Shown: positions 9,224 to 19,885 of the stretch, piece by piece
Position numbering within the stretch: the stretch's first letter is position 1
How the letters are laid out: every line of letters begins with the position of its first letter
NCBI GenBank assembly: GCA_036732645.1
Contig: DAINCA010000001.1
Span: 1-43,158 of the forward strand
Source of the DNA: Allosphingosinicella sp.
GTDB taxonomy: Bacteria > Pseudomonadota > Alphaproteobacteria > Sphingomonadales > Sphingomonadaceae
DNA: 43,158 nt
Direction of reading: 5' to 3'
Made by a program: the position numbers and the translations under genes
The notes under the pieces: model-generated
Seen by the model: the letters and a program-made list of their open reading frames with translations, nothing else
Databases searched by the model: none
What the model was told of the DNA's origin: nothing

Positions 9224-9717
9224 AGCTCATCCCGGCCCTTCTTTGCCTGGCGTTGGGGCTCTCCGGCTGCACATTGCGACCCCTTTATGCAGGCGGCGGC
9301 TCTGGCCACGTCGCGCGATCGCTCCAGTCGGTGCAGGTTGCGCCGATCGACGGGCGCGCCGGCTGGCTGGTTCGAACCGCGCTTGAGGATCGGCTCAGCA
9401 TGGGCGGCTCGGCGCCGGTCTACCGGCTCGAGGTCGAGCTCGACGACGATATTACCGGCTACGGCATTCGCGCCGACAATAGCGTCACCCGCCAGCGGCG
9501 CACCTTGCGCGCGCGCTATCGCCTGGTCGAGGCGGAACGCGGCACGGTGGTGCTCGACGCGACGGCGGGCTCCGATTCCGGCATCGACGTCGTCTCTTCC
9601 GAATATGCGACGGTCGCCGCCGAGCAGACGGCGCTTGAGCGGCTGGCGGTCGAGATTGCCGACCAGATCGTCTCCCGCCTGGCCCTGTACGCGGCGCGCA
9701 CCGGCCCGGAACGGTGA
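9220..9717 (+). CDS. lptE: LPS assembly lipoprotein LptE
   Basis: Lipobox LSGC followed by LRPLY; leuS-lptE-holA synteny. Confidence 0.88.
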   Translation: MKLIPALLCLALGLSGCTLRPLYAGGGSGHVARSLQSVQVAPIDGRAGWLVRTALEDRLSMGGSAPVYRLEVELDDDITGYGIRADNSVTRQRRTLRARYRLVEAERGTVVLDATAGSDSGIDVVSSEYATVAAEQTALERLAVEIADQIVSRLALYAARTGPER

Positions 9718-10736
9718 TCGTCAAGGCGCCGCAGCTCGCGCGGGCGCTCACCTTGGCGCCGCAGACCCGATTGTTCCTTTTCTACGGCCCCGACGAAGCC
9801 GGGTCGCGGGCTCTCCTAGCCAAGGTAGCTGCTGCCGTCGGCCCGGATTCCGAACGCGTGGATCTTGCCGCCGCCGACGTGAAGGGCGATCCGGCGCGAC
9901 TGGCCGACGAAGCGGCCGCCATCTCGATGTTCGGTGGGCCACGTTACATCCTCGTCGAGCGTGCCGGCGACGAGATTCTGCCGGCGGTGGAGGCTTTGCT
10001 ACAGGCCGAAGTGGCCGGTAATCCGGTGGTCGTCCTGGCCGGGGATCTCAAGAAGACCTCCAAGTTGCTGAAAGCGGCAGCGGATTCGCCCGCGGCCGTC
10101 GCCTTCGCCAGCTATGTCCCTGACGGCGGCAAGGCCGATCAGCTGGTTCTCGACAAGGCGCCGGCCTTCGGCCTGGACGTCCAGCGCGACGTCGCCCGCC
10201 GGATCGCCGACGCCTGCGGCGGCAACCGTTCGGTGATCGACCAGGAACTCGCCAAATACGCTTTGTACCTCGACGCCTCGGCGGAGGCGCCGAAGCCACT
10301 CACCCACGAGGCGGTCGATCTGGTCGGCGCCGGCACCGATGAAGGCGATCTCAGCCGGCTCGTCGACAGCGTTGCCGGCGGGGACGCCGCGGCGGTGGAG
10401 GCGGAGCTGGTGCGGCTTCGGTCGGAGGGGGTCGAAGGTATCAGCCTGATCCGGGCCATGCTTCGCCGGATGGCCCTTCTCGCCAAGCTGAGGGCGGAGG
10501 TGGAGCAGGGCAACAGCCCGGCTGCAGTCATGGCGTCAGCCGGGAAGTCATTGTTCTGGAAAGAAAAGGGCTCGGTCGGGCGTCAATTGGCGCAGTGGCG
10601 TGGCGATCTGATCGCCAAAGCCGTCAGCCGGCTCGTCGAGGCCGAGCGGCAGGTCAAGGCATCGGGCGGGCTGGGCCCGCTCGCCGCCGACGAGGAATTG
10701 TTCGCCATCTGCCGGCAGGCGGCGAGGCGCCGCTAG
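9714..10736 (+). CDS. holA: DNA polymerase III subunit delta
   Basis: LFYGPD, DPARLADEAAAISMFGG, ELAKYALY; synteny. Confidence 0.93.
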   Translation: MIVKAPQLARALTLAPQTRLFLFYGPDEAGSRALLAKVAAAVGPDSERVDLAAADVKGDPARLADEAAAISMFGGPRYILVERAGDEILPAVEALLQAEVAGNPVVVLAGDLKKTSKLLKAAADSPAAVAFASYVPDGGKADQLVLDKAPAFGLDVQRDVARRIADACGGNRSVIDQELAKYALYLDASAEAPKPLTHEAVDLVGAGTDEGDLSRLVDSVAGGDAAAVEAELVRLRSEGVEGISLIRAMLRRMALLAKLRAEVEQGNSPAAVMASAGKSLFWKEKGSVGRQLAQWRGDLIAKAVSRLVEAERQVKASGGLGPLAADEELFAICRQAARRR

Positions 10737-10742
10737 CTATGG

Positions 10743-11639
10743 CTAGAACTTGTCGCCGCTGAGCCGCTGACAGATCATGTCGAGCTGGTCGAGGCTGGAA
10801 TAAGACAGAGTCACGCTGCCGCCCTTGGGGCTATGCTTGATGCCCACCCGCAGACCCAGCAGATCGCCCAACTGGCGTTCGAGCGCTGCGATGTCGGCAC
10901 TGGCGCCGCGATAGCCGATCGGCAGTGGCCGCTGCCGGACAGGCTTTTCGCCGCGGGCCAGTTGCTCGGTCTCTCGAACCGAAAGGCCGCGACGAACCAC
11001 CTCCTCCGCCAGAGCTTCGGGATCGGACGCGGTGATCAAGGCGCGCGCATGCCCCATCGTCAGCTCGCCCGCCCCGACCATCACCTGGACCTTCGCGGGA
11101 AGGTCAAGCAATCTCAAGAGGTTGGCCACATGACTCCGCGACTTGTGGACGATCTTCCCGAGCTCTTCCTGAGTGTGCGAGAAATCGTCGACGAGCCTCT
11201 TATAAGCTTGCGCCTCCTCGATCGCATTCAGGTCCTGCCGCTGAATGTTCTCGATCAGAGCGACTTCGAGCGTTTCCTCATCCGAGAAATCGCGGACGAT
11301 GGCCGGTATTTCGTGAAGCCGCGCCCGTTGCGCCGCGCGCCACCGCCGCTCGCCGGCGACGATCTGGAAACGGTGACCGTGCGGACGAACGACGATCGGC
11401 TGGATGACGCCGCGGGCCTGGATCGACAGAGCCAGTTCGGCGAGCGCCTCTTCCTGGAAGATCCGCCGCGGCTGGCCGGGATGCGGCTCGATGCCCGCAA
11501 CCGGAATCATCTGAACCGACCCACTGCGGGCACCGGCGGCACCGTCTACCGGCGCCTCCTGAGCGACTTCGCCGAGAAGGGAAGAGAGGCCACGACCGAG
11601 GCCCGACGGACGTTTTCTGGGAAGACCCGAATCGGTCAT
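10743..11639 (-). CDS. parB: Chromosome partitioning protein ParB
   Basis: GLGRGLSSLL ParA-binding peptide, IVAGERRWRAA CTPase box, ENIQRQDL, HTH KSRSHVANLLRLL. Confidence 0.98.
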   Translation of the reverse strand: MTDSGLPRKRPSGLGRGLSSLLGEVAQEAPVDGAAGARSGSVQMIPVAGIEPHPGQPRRIFQEEALAELALSIQARGVIQPIVVRPHGHRFQIVAGERRWRAAQRARLHEIPAIVRDFSDEETLEVALIENIQRQDLNAIEEAQAYKRLVDDFSHTQEELGKIVHKSRSHVANLLRLLDLPAKVQVMVGAGELTMGHARALITASDPEALAEEVVRRGLSVRETEQLARGEKPVRQRPLPIGYRGASADIAALERQLGDLLGLRVGIKHSPKGGSVTLSYSSLDQLDMICQRLSGDKF

Positions 11640-12421
11640 GCCGCCTCCGCCTTCTGCTTCGGGAGCCGCCGGATCAGCTCACGTGCCAACGCCATATAGG
11701 CCTCCGAGCCTGGACAGCGATGATCGTAGATCAAGGCCGGCACGCCGTGACTCGGGGCCTCCGACAGCCTCACGTTGCGGGGAATGACGGTGTCGAAAAC
11801 GACGTCGCCAAGGCAGGCGCGAACGTCATCGGCAACCTGCGACGACAGATTGTTCCGCCGATCGTACATGGTCAGCGCGACTCCCAGGATCGACAACTCC
11901 GGGTTGAACCGGGCGCGGATCCGCTCGACCGTCTGCAGCAGCTGGCTCAGGCCCTCCAGAGCGAAGAATTCGGTCTGAAGCGGCACCAGGATCGAATTGG
12001 CGGCGATCAAAGCGTTGACCGTCAGCAGCCCCAGGGAGGGCGGGCAATCGATCAGGCAGACATCCCAGCGCGCGTCCGCCAGGCCTTCGAGGGCCCGGTC
12101 CAGGCGGTGAGTTCTTCCTTCATATTCAATAAGTTCAATCTCGGCTCCGGAAAGGTCCACCTTGGCCGGGACGATGTCCAGGCGGGGCACCTTGGTTGGC
12201 ACGACCGCATCCTCGAGACTGCATTGGCCGGTAAGCAATTCATAGCTGGAATGGTCGCGCAGCGCGTGCGGGATACCCAGACCCGTCGAGGCATTGCCTT
12301 GGGGATCGAGATCGATCAGCAGCACCCGCATTCCGGTCGCAGCCAATCCGGTCGCGAGGTTGATGGCGGTCGTCGTCTTGCCGACTCCACCCTTCTGGTT
12401 CGCGACCGCAATCCGGATCAT
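11636..12421 (-). CDS. parA: Chromosome partitioning ATPase ParA
   Basis: NQKGGVGKTTT, DLDPQGNAS, IDCPPSLG, IPRNVRLSEAPS. Confidence 0.98.
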   Translation of the reverse strand: MIRIAVANQKGGVGKTTTAINLATGLAATGMRVLLIDLDPQGNASTGLGIPHALRDHSSYELLTGQCSLEDAVVPTKVPRLDIVPAKVDLSGAEIELIEYEGRTHRLDRALEGLADARWDVCLIDCPPSLGLLTVNALIAANSILVPLQTEFFALEGLSQLLQTVERIRARFNPELSILGVALTMYDRRNNLSSQVADDVRACLGDVVFDTVIPRNVRLSEAPSHGVPALIYDHRCPGSEAYMALARELIRRLPKQKAEAA

Positions 12422-13053
12422 CGGCTTTTCCTCTTGCCCCCTCGCTTCACGCCTTCGGCGACGACGATCTGCGCCTCCGCGTCAGTCAGGCTGTGCTCGA
12501 GCCGGAAATCACCCTGCCACGAAGATTCCAACGCTTCCAGTTCCGACTGGGCATTTCGGCCTTTCGGAAGCACCCAACGAGTCTTTGCTGTGGAAAAGCG
12601 TGTGCCTAAGTCGAGCAGACGGCCCAATGGAGCGAAGGCTCGGGCGCTGATCACGTCGAACGGCCGAGGGTCGATCCTTTCCACCTTGGTGCCGATGATC
12701 TCCACTGGGACGGCTAGCGACTCTGCCGTCGCGCGGAGGAATTCCACACGCAGACGGCGCTCCTCGACAAGGACGACGGGCCCGCTGTGGAGAAGCGCGA
12801 TGACGAGGCCGGGAAATCCGGCGCCGCTACCCAGGTCGACCCAGCTGGCTTGCGGAGAAGGGACGAAGCGAATCAACTGCGCCGAATCGAGAAAATGGCG
12901 CTGCCACAAATGATCGAGGCTGTTGGCGGCGACGAGGTTCTGGGACTGGTTTGCCTCGCGAAGGAGTGCCTCGAAGCGATCGAGCTTCGCCATTGTTTCA
13001 CGTGGAACATCGAATTGACGACCAAGCAAATCTCGGGCCTTGGCTTCCTCCAT
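12418..13053 (-). CDS. rsmG: 16S rRNA m7G527 methyltransferase (GidB)
   Basis: RHFLDS, DLGSGAGFPG, SARAFA, LPKG. Confidence 0.96.
   Translation of the reverse strand: MEEAKARDLLGRQFDVPRETMAKLDRFEALLREANQSQNLVAANSLDHLWQRHFLDSAQLIRFVPSPQASWVDLGSGAGFPGLVIALLHSGPVVLVEERRLRVEFLRATAESLAVPVEIIGTKVERIDPRPFDVISARAFAPLGRLLDLGTRFSTAKTRWVLPKGRNAQSELEALESSWQGDFRLEHSLTDAEAQIVVAEGVKRGGKRKSR
12994..13009. promoter_or_regulatory. parS: parS site inside the 5' end of rsmG
   Basis: TGTTTCACGTGGAACA matches the consensus TGTTNCACGTGAAACA with one mismatch. Confidence 0.9.
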
Positions 13054-14903
13054 CAGGCGGCCTTGCGCCGGGCGTGAACCAGGATTGCGGCCAGAGCCGC
13101 GGGCGTGATCCCACGAATTCGCCCGGCCGCCCCGAGCGTGGAGGGGCGGGCGCGCGTGAGTCGCTCGATCATCTCGTTTGAAAGCCCCGAAATGCCGGAA
13201 TACTCCAGGTCATCGGGAATGCGCAGCCTCTCGTCCGCCTGGACCCGTGAAATTTCGGCCTCCTGGCGCTCGACATAAGGGGCATAACGATGGTCCTGAA
13301 CGGCCTCCTCCAGCCGGTCCCGACGAAACGACTCTAACTCCGGGATCAGTCGAGTCAGCTCCGTCGCACCGACCTCCGGAAACCGGAGCCACTCCCGGAG
13401 CGTCCGCCTAACACCGTCGTCGCGGACCGAGGCGCCTGCGCGCTTCAGATCCGCGGCGGCTTGCCGATTGCTCAGCAGCACCTCGATCCGCTCCCGCTCC
13501 GCCAAGGCGGATGCGAAATGCTTCTGACGCTCGCCCGACACGCATCCGGCTGCGATCGCCTTGGGAGTAAGACGCGCCTCGGCATTGTCGGCACGCAAGC
13601 GCAGCCGATACTCGGCCCGTGCCGTGAGCATGCGATACGGTTCGGTCACGCCCTGAAGCACGAGGTCGTCGACCATCACGCCGATATAGGATTGGCTCCG
13701 GTCGAAGAGGATCGAAGCCGAGCCGGCTACCCAGGCGGCGGCGTTCAAGCCGGCGACCAGGCCCTGAGCCGCAGCCTCCTCATAACCGGTCGTGCCGTTG
13801 ATTTGTCCAGCCAGATAGAGGCCTTCGACGTCCCGCACCGCCAAAGTGGGCTCGAGGATGCGCGGATCCACATGATCATATTCGACCGCGTAACCCGGCT
13901 GCGCGATCTCGGCGCGCTCGAGCCCCGGCATCGTCCGGACCATCGCAAGCTGGACGTCAGCCGGAAGCGAGGTGGAGATCCCGTTCGGATAGACGAGCGG
14001 ATCGTCCAGTCCTTCCGGCTCGAGAAAGACCTGGTGCCCATCCCGATCCGCGAAGCGATGAACCTTGTCTTCGATCGAAGGACAATAACGGGGCCCGACG
14101 CCCTGTATCTCGCCCGCAAACAGTGGCGAGCGGTCGAGATTGGATCGGATGATCTCATGAGTACGCGCGTTGGTCCGGGTGATGGCGCAGAAAAGCTGCG
14201 GCTGACGTCGACTAGGAGTCATCGGCGACATCGTCCACCCGCCGTCGTCGGACGGCTGCCGCTCCAGCCCCGCCCAGTCGATCGTGCGACCGTCGAGCCG
14301 CGGCGGAGTCCCCGTCTTCAACCGCGCCAGCGGCAGCTCGAGCGCCCGAAGCTGGAAGGCCAGTTCCGTTGCCGCCCGCTCGCCAACTCGGCCGCCGGCG
14401 CGGCCTTCCATACCGAAATGGAGCTTGCCGCCAAGAAAGGTGCCGGTCGCCAGGATGACCGCACCCGCCTGCAAACGTCGACCGTCGCCGAGCAGCAAGC
14501 CGGTGACCTTGCGGCCTTCCAAGGTAAGTGCTGTGACCTCACCCGCCACCACATCCAAGCCCGGCTGTTTCGCGATCAGGTCCTGGATCGCCCGACGGTA
14601 CAAAAGTCGGTCGGCCTGGATCCGCGGCCCGCGGACGGCCGCGCCCTTGCTGGCATTGAGCATCCGGTGGTGAATGGCGGCCGAGTCAGAAGCGCGCCCG
14701 ATCAGGCCGTCAAAGGCGTCGACCTCGCGGATCAGATGCCCTTTCCCCAGTCCGCCCATCGCCGGATTGCAGGACATCGTTCCGATCTGTTCAGGATCGA
14801 AGCTCACCAGAGCGACAGACGCGCCCATCCTAGCCGCAGCGGCCGCAGCCTCCGTTCCGGCATGCCCTCCGCCGACGACGGCAATATCGAATGTCAGTGT
14901 CAC
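13053..14903 (-). CDS. mnmG: tRNA modification enzyme MnmG (GidA)
   Basis: [55 protein letters not shown]. Confidence 0.98.
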   Translation of the reverse strand: MTLTFDIAVVGGGHAGTEAAAAAARMGASVALVSFDPEQIGTMSCNPAMGGLGKGHLIREVDAFDGLIGRASDSAAIHHRMLNASKGAAVRGPRIQADRLLYRRAIQDLIAKQPGLDVVAGEVTALTLEGRKVTGLLLGDGRRLQAGAVILATGTFLGGKLHFGMEGRAGGRVGERAATELAFQLRALELPLARLKTGTPPRLDGRTIDWAGLERQPSDDGGWTMSPMTPSRRQPQLFCAITRTNARTHEIIRSNLDRSPLFAGEIQGVGPRYCPSIEDKVHRFADRDGHQVFLEPEGLDDPLVYPNGISTSLPADVQLAMVRTMPGLERAEIAQPGYAVEYDHVDPRILEPTLAVRDVEGLYLAGQINGTTGYEEAAAQGLVAGLNAAAWVAGSASILFDRSQSYIGVMVDDLVLQGVTEPYRMLTARAEYRLRLRADNAEARLTPKAIAAGCVSGERQKHFASALAERERIEVLLSNRQAAADLKRAGASVRDDGVRRTLREWLRFPEVGATELTRLIPELESFRRDRLEEAVQDHRYAPYVERQEAEISRVQADERLRIPDDLEYSGISGLSNEMIERLTRARPSTLGAAGRIRGITPAALAAILVHARRKAA

Positions 14904-14919
14904 TGAGAGGATTTAGGGC

Positions 14920-14939
14920 GTTGTTCCACGTGGAACAAC
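14920..14939. promoter_or_regulatory. parS: parS site between mnmE and mnmG
   Basis: Perfect 20-bp palindrome GTTGTTCCACGTGGAACAAC, core at 14922-14937. Confidence 0.93.
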
Positions 14940-16204
14940 TATTTGCCGATGCAGAATCGACCAAACAGTGCGTCGAGCATGTCCTCAACACCCGCGCGGC
15001 CCGTTATGCTGTCCAAGGTCAATAGCGAACGGCGGAGATCCTCCGCGACTATCAACAGATCGGATTGGGTCGAGGCGTCGTCGAGGGCTGACGCGAGAAT
15101 TTGGAGATGTCGACGTTGGCGCGCGTTCAGCGCGACCTCGGCTTCCGCATTCAGATATTTACCTGAATGCTGAATCAACAGTCGGACGAGCTTGTCGAGA
15201 CCCGCTCCCGTCCGCGATGATAATTCTATATCCACATCTCCGTCTGCCGGACCAAGATCGGACTTCGGGTGAACCCGGACCGCTCGGGCCGGCGCGGAAG
15301 CGGGGTCGCCAAGCCACAATACGAGGTCCGCCGACTCGGCCATGGTTCGTGCCTTCGCAATACCCAAGGATTCGACCTCATCGTCGGCGTCGCGAAGCCC
15401 CGCCGTGTCGGCCAATAGGAATGGAATTCCCTCCAGCGCGATCGGTAGCTCGATGACATCTCGAGTCGTTCCCGGCGTGGCCGCGATAATCGCCGCGTCC
15501 CTACCTGTTAACGCGTTGAGAAGGCTTGACTTTCCAGCATTGGGTGGCCCAGCGATGACAACTCGGACACCGTCCTTGAGCCGTTCCGCCGACGGCCGGC
15601 GAAGCCAGCCTCGAATTTCCTCGCGCAAGCCGTCCAGTTCGCCCGTGAACGCCTCGGATAAAGGGGCAACATCATCCTCGTCGGAAAAATCGAGAGCGGC
15701 TTCGACCTGGGCCGCCAGGCCGAGCACCTGCCGGCGCCAGCGTTCCACCTGCCGGCTCAATTCGCCGCCGGCAAGAAGAAGGGCGTTGCGGCGCTGGGAG
15801 TCGGTTTCCGCTTCCAGCAGGTCTGCCAGACCCTCGGCCTCGGCGAGATCGATCCGGCCGTGCTCGAAGGCGCGGCGGGTGAACTCACCCGGCATTGCGG
15901 GTCGAAGGCCGTCGATCTGCCCGAGTGCGGCCAGAACGGCCGCGACGACGGAACGGCCGCCGTGAAGATGGAGCTCGGCGACATTCTCGCCGGTGGCACT
16001 GTTCGGCGCCGGGAAGCGCAACACCAAAGCGTGGTCGAGCAGCTCGCCGTTCCAGCGCAGGCCGGCAAGGGTCGCGATTCGCGGCTCCGGAAGCCGCCCG
16101 GTCAGGATCTCGAGGGCCGAATCCGCCTCGGGGCCGCTGATCCGCACCAGGCCGATCGCCGCCGGCGGCGGCCCCGACGACAAGGCGAAGATCGTGTCGT
16201 TCAG
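14939..16204 (-). CDS. mnmE: tRNA modification GTPase MnmE (TrmE)
   Basis: DTIFALSSG, GPPNAGKSS, GTTRD, DTAG, C-terminal FCIGK. Start is uncertain: CTG at 16204 or GTG at 16246. Confidence 0.96.
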   Translation of the reverse strand: MNDTIFALSSGPPPAAIGLVRISGPEADSALEILTGRLPEPRIATLAGLRWNGELLDHALVLRFPAPNSATGENVAELHLHGGRSVVAAVLAALGQIDGLRPAMPGEFTRRAFEHGRIDLAEAEGLADLLEAETDSQRRNALLLAGGELSRQVERWRRQVLGLAAQVEAALDFSDEDDVAPLSEAFTGELDGLREEIRGWLRRPSAERLKDGVRVVIAGPPNAGKSSLLNALTGRDAAIIAATPGTTRDVIELPIALEGIPFLLADTAGLRDADDEVESLGIAKARTMAESADLVLWLGDPASAPARAVRVHPKSDLGPADGDVDIELSSRTGAGLDKLVRLLIQHSGKYLNAEAEVALNARQRRHLQILASALDDASTQSDLLIVAEDLRRSLLTLDSITGRAGVEDMLDALFGRFCIGK

Positions 16205-16443
16205 CTTTGCGGCTTTCCGCTCATCTGCTCGAACATCTGCCGCCACAGACTGAGCCCGGCTTCGTTCATCGGGCCCCACGCCTTCATCATGTCGGCGTAC
16301 ATCTCTGGCGAAGGCCCTTCGCTCACCGCTTTCTGCATTTTCTCGATATAAGCGGAATGAACCGCACTCAGGTCCGGAAGACCGAGAAAGCGGCGCGCCT
16401 CCTCGGGCGTGCAATCCACGTCGACCGTGACTTTCATCGTCAT
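16201..16443 (-). CDS. Small conserved protein (DUF6489-like)
   Basis: MKVTVDVDCTPEEARRFLGLPDL signature; GGAGA SD. Confidence 0.85.
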   Translation of the reverse strand: MTMKVTVDVDCTPEEARRFLGLPDLSAVHSAYIEKMQKAVSEGPSPEMYADMMKAWGPMNEAGLSLWRQMFEQMSGKPQS

Positions 16444-16514
16444 TCTCCGGCTGTTGGGCGCTGCCGCCTCTATGGCTATAGTCGGACGCTTCGCAAGTGC
16501 AGGAGGAAAAGCCG

Positions 16515-17207
16515 ATGATCGACGTGCCGACGCTTGAAGGCGAAGAAAGCTTCGAGGCCTACCTGGCGGAGCCGGAAGGCGATCCGCGCGGCGCGATCAT
16601 CGTCATCCAGGAGATATTCGGCGTCAATGAAGGGATCAGACGCAAATGCGATCATTGGGCGAGCCTTGGCTATCTCGCGCTGGCCCCCGATCTGTTCTGG
16701 CGCATCGAACCCGGAGTGGAGCTCGATCCGGACGTGCCCGAACAGTTTCAGCGGGCGCTCGGCCTGATGCAGCGCTTCGATCAGGACAAGGGCGTCAGCG
16801 ACATCGAGGCAGTGATCCGCGAAGCGCGGCGGCGGCTACCCGGGGGCGCAAAGGTAGGCGCCGTCGGCTACTGCCTTGGCGGGCGTCTTGCCTTCATGAC
16901 GTCAACCCGGACCGACGTGGACGCGAGCGTGGGCTATTACGGCGTCGGCCTGGACAATCTGCTGCACGAGAAAAATGCGATCGCCCGCCCCTTGCTGCTG
17001 CACATTGCCGGCGACGACCACTTCGTGCCGAAGGATAAGCAGAAGGCGATCCATGAAGGCCTCGACGGCCACCCAAGGGTGACGATCCACGATTATCCCG
17101 GCGAGGATCACGGCTTTGCAGCCGAGATGGGCAAGAGACGCTCCGAGCAATCGGCGAAGCAGGCTGACGAGCGAACCGAAGCCTTTTTCGCGGAGCACCT
17201 GGCTTAG
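16515..17207 (+). CDS. Dienelactone hydrolase family protein
   Basis: QEIFGVN, GYCLGG nucleophile elbow, DHFVP, HGF; AGGAGG SD before ATG 16515. Confidence 0.93.
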   Translation: MIDVPTLEGEESFEAYLAEPEGDPRGAIIVIQEIFGVNEGIRRKCDHWASLGYLALAPDLFWRIEPGVELDPDVPEQFQRALGLMQRFDQDKGVSDIEAVIREARRRLPGGAKVGAVGYCLGGRLAFMTSTRTDVDASVGYYGVGLDNLLHEKNAIARPLLLHIAGDDHFVPKDKQKAIHEGLDGHPRVTIHDYPGEDHGFAAEMGKRRSEQSAKQADERTEAFFAEHLA

Positions 17208-17272
17208 GCTGCAACGTACCGGCGACACGAATGCGAACTTGTGGCGCCGCCGGATCACCGATTGCGGCGCCG

Positions 17273-18010
17273 TCAGCGGCCTTCGACCGCCTCCGGCCAC
17301 AAATATTGAAGAACGCCGACTTCGTGGTCGACGAAACCTTCGTAGATCATCTTGCCGGCCACCCAGAGGATGACGATCAGGCCGATCCAGGCGATCCAGC
17401 GATAGCGGTCGATATATTTGGCGATGACGTTGGCGGCGAGGCCCATCAGCGCCACCGAAAGCACCAGGCCGATCATCAGGATGCCGGGATGGTCCTTGGC
17501 CGCTCCGGCGACCGCCAGGACGTTGTCGAGGCTCATCGACACGTCGGCGAGCGCGACCGCCCAGGCGGCGCCAGCGAAGCTCTTGGCGGGTCTCAGGCCG
17601 CTATGCTCGTCGCCCTCGATCTCGGCCGACCCGCCGGACTCACCGGAATGGCGGATCTCGCGATACATCTTCCACGAAACCCACAAGAGCAGGATGCCGC
17701 CGGCCAGGATGAGGCCGACGATCTGCATCAATTGGGTGACGAGGAGCGCGAAGAAGATCCTCAGCACCAGAGCGGCGATGATGCCGATCAGGATGACCTT
17801 CTTGCGCTGATCGGCCGGCAGGCCGGCGGCCAGGGCGCCGACGACGATGGCATTGTCGCCGGCGAGCATGATGTCGATCATCAGCACCTGGCCGAATGCC
17901 GCCAAAGCGGCCGGCTCGGTGATGTTCGAGAAATCGTGAACGATGGCGTTCCAGATGCCGCCGATTCCGCCCGCGGTCGCGGACAGGTTGCTGAGGATCT
18001 CGAGCATCAT
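17273..18010 (-). CDS. TerC/YjbE family integral membrane protein
   Basis: DIMLAGDNA and DVSMSLDNVLAV repeats; multiple TM helices. Confidence 0.92.
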   Translation of the reverse strand: MMLEILSNLSATAGGIGGIWNAIVHDFSNITEPAALAAFGQVLMIDIMLAGDNAIVVGALAAGLPADQRKKVILIGIIAALVLRIFFALLVTQLMQIVGLILAGGILLLWVSWKMYREIRHSGESGGSAEIEGDEHSGLRPAKSFAGAAWAVALADVSMSLDNVLAVAGAAKDHPGILMIGLVLSVALMGLAANVIAKYIDRYRWIAWIGLIVILWVAGKMIYEGFVDHEVGVLQYLWPEAVEGR

Positions 18011-18029
18011 CGACGAACGCCCTTTGCCC

Positions 18030-19286
<1,257 letters not shown>

Positions 19287-19429
19287 CAGGATTTCTCTGT
19301 GGGATGCGGATTCCGGGCGGGAGTGCTCACGGAAAAACAGGAGGGAATGCTTGAACACCCGCGCGGACGGCAGGCCAACGACCTAAAGGCCGTTATGCTC
19401 CGCCCCAATTCGAGTCAAGCAAGCGCGTT

Positions 19430-19885
19430 TCAGAACGGCCGGACGATCACCAGCACGACGACGAGGACAACGGCGATGCCGGGTAGCTCGTTCATCAGTC
19501 GAAGCGCCTTGCCGCTGACCGGGCGGGCGCCCGCGGCAAGCTTCTTGCCGTAACCGACCATCCAGCCATGATAAGCCGACAAGGCGAAGACGATCGCGAA
19601 CTTGGCCAGAAACCAGCCCTGTTCGAAGGCGTCGGTCACCCAGGCAAGCGATAGTCCGAGGATCCAGACCAGAATCATCGCCGGCGTGATGATGATATGG
19701 CGAAGCTTGCGTTCGCGCTCGATCCACCTTTGCTCTTCCGGCGACCCGGGGGTCGCTTCCTGATGGTAGACGTAGAAACGCGGCAGCATGAACAGACCCG
19801 CGATCCAGAAGATCACGAAAATGACGTGGCCGGCCTTGAGCCAGAGATAGGTGTCGGTCAGGGCGGACTCCAATGCGCCGGTCAA
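19430..19885 (-). CDS. hemJ: Protoporphyrinogen IX oxidase HemJ
   Basis: WLKAGHVI..IFWIAGL..LPR.YVYH, LRLMNELP, C-terminal RPF; overlaps the hemE stop. Confidence 0.92.
   Translation of the reverse strand: MTGALESALTDTYLWLKAGHVIFVIFWIAGLFMLPRFYVYHQEATPGSPEEQRWIERERKLRHIIITPAMILVWILGLSLAWVTDAFEQGWFLAKFAIVFALSAYHGWMVGYGKKLAAGARPVSGKALRLMNELPGIAVVLVVVLVIVRPF

Noticed and set aside
10833..14906. Long plus-strand ORFs (288, 397 and 481 aa) opposite parB, parA/rsmG and mnmG
   Set aside because: Antisense frames kept open by GC-rich codon bias; no domains or RBS.
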